A stretch of DNA of 13,724 nt from a virus (Duplodnaviria; Heunggongvirae; Uroviricota; Caudoviricetes): the IMG/VR virus record IMGVR_UViG_3300047317_000139. One strand, given 5' to 3'. Position numbers and translations under genes: made by a program. Of the stretch, positions 1-5,959 are shown piece after piece. The notes under the pieces are model-generated. The model did not search any database and was not told the DNA's origin. It saw only the letters and a list, made by a program, of their open reading frames with translations. Within the stretch, counting starts at the first letter, position 1. The number at the start of each line of letters is the position of its first letter.

Positions 1-181
1 CGGCGGTCTGTTCGGGTTTGACGGTCTGAGAACCGCCATGAGGCACGCCTGGTACGCCTCGGTAGGCCGCGCTGATGCCGTGCTCAGCCTCAGCGTGACC
101 GGCGTACCAGGCCTTACGAGCAGTAGAACCACCATCTGTGGTGGTCTCCTCCTCGTCCTCGTCGTCCTGGCGTTTGGTCAT
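1..181 (-). CDS. Hypothetical protein, 3' end beyond window (MTKRQDDEDEEETTTDGGSTARKAWYAGHAEAEHG...)
   Basis: ATG at 181 overlaps the TGA of 178..426 (ATGA coupling as elsewhere); frame open to the window edge. Not in the ORF track. Confidence 0.55.
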   Translation of the reverse strand, partial: MTKRQDDEDEEETTTDGGSTARKAWYAGHAEAEHGISAAYRGVPGVPHGGSQTVKPEQTA

Positions 182-426
182 CGCACCCTCACGGTCTCGG
201 CGTCGACGATCTCGATCCGGGTGTAGGAGCCGACGAGAAGCTCCTTAGCCGCCTTCATCACTCGCGGGTCCACCACAACGTGCTTGTGGACGGCGTGATT
301 GCGCTTCTCCGCCTTCTTCCGGGCCTTCCTGGGCCTCGGTGCCACCGCTCCCTTCGCGACCGCCTGAACGGCCTTCTCGTGGAGGCTGGCGGTGTCCTGC
401 ACTTGCTTGTCTCTCGTGTCGTTCAT
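178..426 (-). CDS. Hypothetical basic protein (82 aa, MNDTRDKQ...)
   Basis: SD GAAAGG 7 nt before ATG 426; K/R-rich stretch PRPRKARKKAEKR; stop coupled to the next gene. Confidence 0.7.
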   Translation of the reverse strand: MNDTRDKQVQDTASLHEKAVQAVAKGAVAPRPRKARKKAEKRNHAVHKHVVVDPRVMKAAKELLVGSYTRIEIVDAETVRVR

Positions 427-463
427 GGTCATACCTTTCATGGGTGGTGTATCTGATTGGATG

Positions 464-955
464 CTACATGTGCTTCCTGTCCCAGAACAGGAACAGGTTG
501 CGGATCCTGAGCCAGTTGCTGGCCCACCGATGGATCCGGTCTTGCTCGGCCATCGCTCGATCGAACGAGGCCTTGGCCACTGCGTCCTCCGCGGCCTTCT
601 TCTCGGCGTACACCAGTCGGTTGTGGGCACGACGTTCCTGGTGTGCCTGGACTTCCTCGGGCTTCCAGATCCAGGTGTCTGGCTCGCACTCGTGGAGCGT
701 GTAGTCGTTCTTCGCGTCCTCCTCGGAGTCGTACTCCTCCTCGTAGTCGCAGGTACGGCAGCCCACGACCCACTTCAGTTCGAGACCGAACGGGTCATGG
801 TTCTCCGAGTGCTCCGGGCACCAGGTCTTCTCCTCATCGTCGGAGATGGTCCAGCCGGCGAGCAGCGCATCGTCGAGCAGATGCCATCTGTCCACGTCTT
901 CCCGGTACTCGTTGAAGCAGCGTGGGGTGCTGCATCGGATGGTGTCGAGCAACAT
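464..955 (-). CDS. Cys/His-rich hypothetical protein (163 aa), probable metal-binding
   Basis: SD AAGGAGG before ATG 955, TGATG overlap with the upstream gene; CSTPRC, WCPEH, GCRTC and HEC motifs. Confidence 0.8.
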   Translation of the reverse strand: MLLDTIRCSTPRCFNEYREDVDRWHLLDDALLAGWTISDDEEKTWCPEHSENHDPFGLELKWVVGCRTCDYEEEYDSEEDAKNDYTLHECEPDTWIWKPEEVQAHQERRAHNRLVYAEKKAAEDAVAKASFDRAMAEQDRIHRWASNWLRIRNLFLFWDRKHM

Positions 956-1116
956 CACTTCCTCCTTCCCCCAGCTATTCCGATCCCGATCCCACCGGCG
1001 AGCGAGATCGGGAACACGTACCACCAGGGTTCGCCCATCACCCCACCGATCACCACTCCGCAGAGCAGTCCCATGAGGATGGAGAACGTGAACACAGCGA
1101 TCAGCCGAAGGCTCAC
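955..1116 (-). CDS. Small membrane protein (53 aa, two hydrophobic segments)
   Basis: GTG 1116 in a GTGA overlap; hydrophobic Gly-rich sequence with basic C-terminus RRK. Confidence 0.7.
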   Translation of the reverse strand: MSLRLIAVFTFSILMGLLCGVVIGGVMGEPWWYVFPISLAGGIGIGIAGGRRK

Positions 1117-1319
1117 TCCTTGACCGCCCGGAGATGAGTCCCCTTGTACTCCTTGGTGTGCCTGCCGGCGGGATGCCTGGACATGCACTTCTCGATGGCT
1201 GCATCGAGCTGGTTCTTCTCGGCCTGCGCTTTCCCGATCGCATGTCCGAAGTGATACATCAGGGCACCGACAATGACGGTGACGAAGAGCAACAGCTCCA
1301 GCCAGGACAGGGTGGTCAT
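1113..1319 (-). CDS. Small membrane protein (68 aa, N-terminal TM)
   Basis: ATG 1319 in an ATGA overlap; WLELLLFVTVIVGALMYHFG hydrophobic segment. Confidence 0.7.
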   Translation of the reverse strand: MTTLSWLELLLFVTVIVGALMYHFGHAIGKAQAEKNQLDAAIEKCMSRHPAGRHTKEYKGTHLRAVKE

Positions 1320-1591
1320 TCCGACTCCTTCACGATGTTCTGTAGTCCGATCTGGTTCTCGTCGTGGGGGTGCTCGTCGTCCTCGCAGGACTGACAGAAT
1401 GCCTGGTCGGGGTTGTCGACCATCGCGTGGCACTTGTCCTTGACCTCGCGGAAAGTGCTGACGACCTGACTCAGCCCGGCTTCCCCATCAGCGAGGTTCT
1501 TCAGGGCTTCGAGGGTCATCGGACCCGGGATCTTCCGGATCAGCAGGCACACGCACTGGTGCGGCTTGGGGATCTCGCGGACTGGGTCCAT
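1316..1591 (-). CDS. Hypothetical protein (91 aa) with Cys/His motifs
   Basis: TGATG overlap at the start, ATGA at the end; HQCVC, KCH and CQSC motifs. Confidence 0.7.
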   Translation of the reverse strand: MDPVREIPKPHQCVCLLIRKIPGPMTLEALKNLADGEAGLSQVVSTFREVKDKCHAMVDNPDQAFCQSCEDDEHPHDENQIGLQNIVKESE

Positions 1592-1824
1592 CAGCCCACC
1601 GCGTTCTTCACTCGCTTGACCAGGACTCCGAGCAGGAACCGGATCATGTCCGGGATGCTGTCCTGCTCCAGGGTCACCTTGTAGATGATCGAACCGCGAG
1701 CGTGCGGGACCTCGAAGTGGGCCATCCGAACGTCGCCAGTGGTTGAGAGCTCGACCGGGGCGGTGTGCAGCTGCTCGATTCCCGAGTCGGTCACACCTGC
1801 TTCTGCTGTGACTGTCAGTTTCAT
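1591..1824 (-). CDS. Hypothetical protein (77 aa, MKLTVTAEAG...)
   Basis: SD GAAGGG before ATG 1824; C-terminal part of the 1591..2394 track ORF; stop coupled to the next gene. Confidence 0.65.
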   Translation of the reverse strand: MKLTVTAEAGVTDSGIEQLHTAPVELSTTGDVRMAHFEVPHARGSIIYKVTLEQDSIPDMIRFLLGVLVKRVKNAVG

Positions 1825-1842
1825 GTTCTTCCCTTCATGTGG

Positions 1843-1928
1843 TGCCGGGCACCCCTGCTCTACCCCCGTGGAGACAGAGGTGCCCGGCAGCTGGATGGGG
1901 AGGCCACTCCCCTCGCGGTGGCCTCCCC
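1843..1928. other. Two tandem intergenic hairpins
   Basis: tgccgggcacc 1843-1853 / ggtgcccggca 1879-1889; ggggaggccac 1897-1907 / gtggcctcccc 1918-1928 (both perfect 11-bp inverted repeats). Confidence 0.75.
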
Positions 1929-1940
1929 AGTCTGGGTGGA

Positions 1941-2288
1941 TCAGGAGATCCAGAATGCGGACTTGCCGGTGACGACGACGTTGCCGTGACGCTTCCCGAA
2001 GTCCACCTCGACGTGCGACCAGGCGGTGTAGGGCTGGCAGGGCTTGTACTCCCGGTCGACCTCCCACACGTAGGAGCCGATGTAGGAGTACGAGACCTTG
2101 CCCTTGGTGCCGAAGATGCGGGCGACCTTGTCGACCGACATGCCCTTGGTGACCTCGCTGTACTCGTGCCGGGTGACACAGCCGAGCGAGCCGGCGTCCG
2201 CGTGCGCGGTGCCGGTGATGGCCATCGGCGAAACCACCGCGGCAGCGGTGACGGTGGCCAGAACGAGCTTCTTGATGTTGCTGTGCAT
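1941..2288 (-). CDS. Secreted protein with BLIP/SmpA/DUF3862-like domain (115 aa)
   Basis: Signal peptide (KK, hydrophobic core, A-H-A site); VTRHEYSEVTKGMSVDKVARIFG matches the recalled Y/F-xx-I/V-xx-GM-S/T-xxxV-xx-I-x-G motif; SD GAGGAAA before ATG 2288. Confidence 0.75.
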   Translation of the reverse strand: MHSNIKKLVLATVTAAAVVSPMAITGTAHADAGSLGCVTRHEYSEVTKGMSVDKVARIFGTKGKVSYSYIGSYVWEVDREYKPCQPYTAWSHVEVDFGKRHGNVVVTGKSAFWIS

Positions 2289-2329
2289 GATGTGTTTCCT
2301 CTTCATGGTGTGGTGCATCTATGTGTGAG

Positions 2330-2514
2330 CCGGATGACTCGAACACCTCCTCTTCGCCCCATGCGGAGAGGAAGCGATCACGCCATCCGGACATGCCAGA
2401 GGGGCCTCTCCTTTCCCCTTGGAGAGACCCCTCTGCGAGATGTCAGCTACGCTGGCAGCTCATTCCTTTCATGGTGAGCAGGGCCCCCAGAGATGCCGAC
2501 CTCTGGGGGTCCTG
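2330..2514. other. Structured intergenic region (branched element plus two long hairpins)
   Basis: ccggatg 2330-2336 / catccgg 2384-2390 enclosing hairpin 2349-2371; hairpin 2397-2411 / 2421-2435; hairpin 2479-2492 / 2501-2514. Confidence 0.7.
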
Positions 2515-2520
2515 GCCATG

Positions 2521-3267
2521 TCAGGCCGCGCGCTCCAGGATCGGAACGTCCGGTTGACGGCACTGCTGGACATTCGACCAGTTGGTCTTGACCAGCAGCT
2601 CCGCCTCGTTGTGCCTCAGCGCCAGAACCTGACCCACCCAGCCATCGGCTGTCGGCAGAGCCCCGTCGTCCCCGTACATCCCCGGTGCGACACAACCTCG
2701 CCGGAGCCGACACCCGTGGGCGTCGATCTCGACGATGTTGCCGTGCACAGATGCGCGGTGGGTCTCCACCTCGTACCGACGACCCGATGGAGCCTGGATC
2801 GTGATCCGCTGATGCTGCTTCCGCTCCTGACGCTGGTCGGGCGTCAGGATCATGTCCAGGAGCTCCAGAGCCCTGGATGCGGCCATCACCCGCTTCTCCA
2901 CGTATTCGGCCTCCTGTGCGGCCCTCAGAGCCGCCCTGGACGCCCTCTCCCGCTCCATCTGGGCTAGGTCCTCAACGGTGTACTGCGGAGGCCTCAGAAG
3001 GGCACCGAAGTTGATCGGCTCCATCTGGTTCCAGCGGACCCAGGCCTCGTCGTTGACGTAGAACCCAGTGGTGGTGCTCGCGGTGGTGTTCCACTGGTAC
3101 CAGGTTCGGTCGGCCTGGAGGTCGTACGTCACCGTCGTGCTGGCAGTGCCAGTCGTCCAGGTGTTCCAGACGATGTCGTTGATGTACGTGATCTCCTTGG
3201 TGGCGTGAAGTTCGCCAGTGGTGATGAGGCCCCCTGGCTGGTACTTCACGAAGCCCTTGCTAGCCAC
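2521..3267 (-). CDS. Hypothetical protein (248 aa), partner 1 of the GG-protein module; conserved Cys192; N-terminal Trp/Thr repeats
   Basis: GTG 3267 overlaps the TAG of 3260..3505; C-terminal half aligns by eye with 3938..4402 (RA..LL..I..P, GR..Y, NI..IDA.G, C..P, LP..D.W.GQ.LAL...E). Confidence 0.85.
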   Translation of the reverse strand: MASKGFVKYQPGGLITTGELHATKEITYINDIVWNTWTTGTASTTVTYDLQADRTWYQWNTTASTTTGFYVNDEAWVRWNQMEPINFGALLRPPQYTVEDLAQMERERASRAALRAAQEAEYVEKRVMAASRALELLDMILTPDQRQERKQHQRITIQAPSGRRYEVETHRASVHGNIVEIDAHGCRLRRGCVAPGMYGDDGALPTADGWVGQVLALRHNEAELLVKTNWSNVQQCRQPDVPILERAA

Positions 3268-3505
3268 CGACCAGCTGCTTGGTCATGATGATCTTCGACC
3301 TGGTCGGGTCGAACTCCCGGATCACCTCGCCGGTCTTCTCGCCGTCCGCGTTCACTGCGTAGGCGAGCATGCCCTTCTTCTTGGCCTCGTTGAAGGCCTT
3401 CCGGGCGATCGCCACCTCGTCGGCGTCGCGCGGGTCCCACATGATCCGGTTGTCGCCGGTGCTGTCCGGGATGGACAGCATGTGCTCTTCGGTGGATGTG
3501 CTCAC
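3260..3505 (-). CDS. Small protein ending in diglycine (QLVGG), putative ubiquitin-like beta-grasp protein, copy 1 (81 aa)
   Basis: SD GAAGGG, GTG 3505 in a GTGA overlap; 25/74 ungapped identity with 4404..4667. CDS is solid; the fold is inferred. Confidence 0.85.
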   Translation of the reverse strand: MSTSTEEHMLSIPDSTGDNRIMWDPRDADEVAIARKAFNEAKKKGMLAYAVNADGEKTGEVIREFDPTRSKIIMTKQLVGG

Positions 3506-3774
3506 TGTGTTCCCTTCGTGGTGTTCTCTCGGTGGCTGCAGTCATCGTTCATGACTCCAGAGTCGATGTGCCGGACGAGGACCTGCTTCTCGTCGTACTT
3601 CATGAACACGACCTCCCTGATGTGCCGGCGGTCGTGCTCGCTCTCGGTCGGCGCGAAGGCCTCCTGCAGAGCTCCTGCGTAGTCCTTGATCGCGTCCTCG
3701 ACTTCCAGGTAGTCGTGAACGAACACCTGGTCGTCGCAGTAGGTGATGGCGACTTGATACGGATCTCCTTGCAT
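3502..3774 (-). CDS. Hypothetical protein (90 aa, MQGDPYQV...)
   Basis: SD GAAGGG before ATG 3774; stop overlaps the start of 3260..3505. Confidence 0.7.
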   Translation of the reverse strand: MQGDPYQVAITYCDDQVFVHDYLEVEDAIKDYAGALQEAFAPTESEHDRRHIREVVFMKYDEKQVLVRHIDSGVMNDDCSHRENTTKGTQ

Positions 3775-3787
3775 GGATCTTCCCTTC

Positions 3788-3933
3788 TGTGTGGGGTGAG
3801 GGGGGTCACCCTCCACCACACATCTCTGCCCCCCTGGAGAGATGTGCGATGGGCTATGGCCCCCGGGCACAGCGGAGGTGGACGACGGGCCCATGTACCG
3901 GCCCTACGGGGGATGGGACCGCCCGTCGCCCAC
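3788..3933. other. Structured intergenic region, three hairpins (two overlapping)
   Basis: tgtgtgg 3788-3794 / ccacaca 3816-3822; cacatctct 3819-3827 / agagatgtg 3838-3846; gtggacgacgggc 3878-3890 / gcccgtcgcccac 3921-3933. Confidence 0.7.
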
Positions 3934-3937
3934 TGGT

Positions 3938-4402
3938 CTAGAAGATGTTCGCTTGCTCCAGGAACCTCTTCTCGTCGTACTTCAGGGCAAGGTACTGCCC
4001 CAGCCAGATGTCGCCTGCTGGCAGGCACAGAGGCTGAGTGCCCTGCTCTTGCGCTTCCCGACGAGCGTCCAGCCAGAGTGAGTTGCTCATCTCGACGTAG
4101 CGCCGGCGTTGGTAGGACTCCGGGGACACGTAGTCGTTGTAGGCGTACGGCCCACCACAGATCCCGTGGTCGTAGCCGTTGGCGTCGATCTGCCGGATGT
4201 TCTCCGACGTGCCGTCCAACCAGATCTGGTACGTGCATCGCCCAAGCTGACCCCGGAACTCGATGTGAGTGGGATCGCGACGCATGATCTGACCGAGGTT
4301 GTTGCGTCTGGGCTCGTACCTCCACTCACCGGGGAGGACGATGCTGCGGAGCAGCGCTTGTGCACGCTGCTCCGCTGCCGCCCGCTGTTGGGCGATCGTC
4401 AC
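3938..4402 (-). CDS. Hypothetical protein (154 aa), partner 2 of the GG-protein module; conserved Cys82
   Basis: GTG 4402 lies 1 nt after the TGA of 4404..4667; paralogous to the C-terminal half of 2521..3267. Confidence 0.85.
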   Translation of the reverse strand: MTIAQQRAAAEQRAQALLRSIVLPGEWRYEPRRNNLGQIMRRDPTHIEFRGQLGRCTYQIWLDGTSENIRQIDANGYDHGICGGPYAYNDYVSPESYQRRRYVEMSNSLWLDARREAQEQGTQPLCLPAGDIWLGQYLALKYDEKRFLEQANIF

Positions 4403-4403
4403 A

Positions 4404-4667
4404 TCAGCCGCCGACGTACTGCGGCTGAACCACCGTGTGGACCGCCGTGTCCTCCAGCTTGGACGTGACGTGAGCCTCACCGCCACCCTCCTCCGTGAGG
4501 ACGAAGGCGCGCATGCCCTTGGCCATCGACTCGTCGAACTTGGACATCGCGTCCGCGACCTCCGCGTCGACGTTCGGGTCGTACACGGTGACCGAGTCAC
4601 CGCTGTTGTCCAGGATCCTCAGGACGTGCTTGCCCTCGGGGATCTCGATGTGTGAGAGAACCGACAT
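4404..4667 (-). CDS. Small protein ending in diglycine (QYVGG), putative ubiquitin-like beta-grasp protein, copy 2 (87 aa)
   Basis: SD GAAAGG upstream of ATG 4667; paralog of 3260..3505. Confidence 0.85.
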   Translation of the reverse strand: MSVLSHIEIPEGKHVLRILDNSGDSVTVYDPNVDAEVADAMSKFDESMAKGMRAFVLTEEGGGEAHVTSKLEDTAVHTVVQPQYVGG

Positions 4668-4696
4668 GTGCTATCTGTTCCTTTCGAGGTGGACAT

Positions 4697-4728
4697 AACA
4701 AACCCCCGCCACACCGATGTGACGGGGG
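4697..4728 (-). terminator. Intrinsic terminator-like hairpin
   Basis: Minus strand CCCCCGTCACA-TCGG-TGTGGCGGGGG followed by TTTGTT. Confidence 0.7.
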
Positions 4729-4746
4729 CTAGACATCCCGAGATGT

Positions 4747-4890
4747 CTAGGACTGCGGGCTGAGCGCCATCATCACCATGGTGGAGATGCCGATCAGCAG
4801 GCCCAGGAAGACCACGAGCATGAGGAAGAGCTCGGGGCGACCTGGGGTCGTGCGGCGGACGTGCTGGGACTCGTCGAGCGATGTCGTCAC
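4747..4890 (-). CDS. Small membrane protein (47 aa, C-terminal TM)
   Basis: GTG 4890 in a GTGA overlap; LFLMLVVFLGLLIGISTMVMMAL hydrophobic segment. Confidence 0.6.
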   Translation of the reverse strand: MTTSLDESQHVRRTTPGRPELFLMLVVFLGLLIGISTMVMMALSPQS

Positions 4891-5147
4891 GACGCAGCCT
4901 CCGCAGCGTTGTCGCGGGCGTTCCTGTAGGCGACCGAATGGCCGACCGAATAGCCGTTGTGCCACAGAGCCCGAAGGTGCTCATTCCTCTTCACGTGGAC
5001 GCCGGGGAGGACCCTTTCCGGGTTCCCGATGACGTGGCAGGGCTGCTGGGGCTCGGCCCCGCACCACGGGCAGGTGATGTCCCGTGAGTGAGCGTCGACG
5101 AGCTTGTTGTAGATGCGCATCATGCGCGTCTGGTCGAAGTCGGTCAT
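4887..5147 (-). CDS. Zinc-finger-like hypothetical protein (86 aa)
   Basis: ATG 5147 in an ATGA overlap; CPWCGAEPQQPC...H motif typical of small actinophage Zn-binding proteins. Confidence 0.75.
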   Translation of the reverse strand: MTDFDQTRMMRIYNKLVDAHSRDITCPWCGAEPQQPCHVIGNPERVLPGVHVKRNEHLRALWHNGYSVGHSVAYRNARDNAAEAAS

Positions 5148-5470
5148 GCCGGCTCCTGGGTGTGCTCGCAGGTGTACTCCCGCTCCGCGAACGGACGGAC
5201 CTTGTCGGAGTGGTGGTTCATCTTGTTCACCTGCACTCGCATCAGGTGCGACCAGTCCGGGAACTCCGAGAACCAGTTCTCCATGTCGCCGGTCTGGTAC
5301 TGACCGAGCGTCTTGCCACCCATCCCGATCATGGACAGCGTGGCCAGCGCCTGGTTGGCCTCGGCCCGCGCCTCTCGGAACGAGGGCCTGTCGAACTGGA
5401 CCTTGCGGACATCGCCGGTGCAGGTCTCGATGACCACTTCGGCGTAGTCGAAGATGTTGCCGTTTCCCAT
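5144..5470 (-). CDS. Hypothetical protein (108 aa)
   Basis: SD GAAGGG before ATG 5470; stop coupled to the next gene. Confidence 0.75.
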   Translation of the reverse strand: MGNGNIFDYAEVVIETCTGDVRKVQFDRPSFREARAEANQALATLSMIGMGGKTLGQYQTGDMENWFSEFPDWSHLMRVQVNKMNHHSDKVRPFAEREYTCEHTQEPA

Positions 5471-5492
5471 GGTGCTTCCCTTCCATGTATGA

Positions 5493-5516
5493 GGTCCCCG
5501 CCGGACGACGGGGACC
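5493..5516. other. Intergenic hairpin
   Basis: ggtccccg 5493-5500 / cggggacc 5509-5516; no clear U-tract. Confidence 0.6.
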
Positions 5517-5527
5517 GATGAATCAGA

Positions 5528-5815
5528 TCAGTTGGTCGCGACGTAGAACGACACGACCGGGGTGGTGCGACGCAGCATGCCCTGGGGAGTCCAGAGCTCG
5601 ATCGAGACCGCATCGTGGTGGATGTGGTCCTGGTGGATCTTGATGGTCTGACCCCGCCAGGCCTGACCAGCGTTGTCCTTGATCAGGACAGCGATCTTGG
5701 GACGCACGACCAGGGTGTAGTGACCCCCGCTCGCGGTCTCGAAGGTGATCGTCACGTGGCTCTGGGTGAACCAGGTGGTGATCTCTTCGACGTTGGGGAT
5801 GGTGCTGGTGCTCAT
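5528..5815 (-). CDS. Hypothetical protein (95 aa)
   Basis: SD TAGGAG before ATG 5815; protein-like beta-rich composition. Confidence 0.75.
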   Translation of the reverse strand: MSTSTIPNVEEITTWFTQSHVTITFETASGGHYTLVVRPKIAVLIKDNAGQAWRGQTIKIHQDHIHHDAVSIELWTPQGMLRRTTPVVSFYVATN

Positions 5816-5850
5816 GGGGAGCTCCTATTCATGTATCTGTGGGTGGACAT

Positions 5851-5884
5851 GCAAAAAGGCCCCCAGCCGTAACTGGAGGCCTTT
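5851..5884 (-). terminator. Intrinsic terminator
   Basis: Minus strand GGCCTCCAG-TTACGG-CTGGGGGCC followed by TTTTTGC. Confidence 0.75.
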
Positions 5885-5921
5885 CGCACGTATCAGGGTA
5901 TGCAGTCGCCCTGACCCTCTT

Positions 5922-5957
5922 ATTATAGCCTATTTAGAGCACCAAAACCACTCTAAA
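5922..5957 (-). promoter_or_regulatory. Leftward sigmaA-like promoter with overlapping inverted repeat
   Basis: Perfect TATAAT (plus-strand attata 5922-5927) in an AT-rich island; tttagag 5933-5939 / ctctaaa 5951-5957; no clear -35. Confidence 0.65.
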
Positions 5958-5959
5958 CA

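Noticed and set aside
1179-1186. GCATGTCC copy at 1179-1186
   Set aside because: Inside a CDS and not preceded by a hairpin; not counted in the cassette.
3260-4667. Calling the GG proteins Pup, ThiS or MoaD
   Set aside because: Pup ends GGQ/GGE and is disordered; no thiamine or molybdopterin genes nearby and no recognisable family similarity. A sulfur-carrier role is not formally excluded.
1825-5884. Hairpin-rich gaps as CRISPR array, tRNA or REP/IS elements
   Set aside because: Stems differ in sequence from gap to gap; no repeat-spacer periodicity, no T/D-loop consensus, no transposase.
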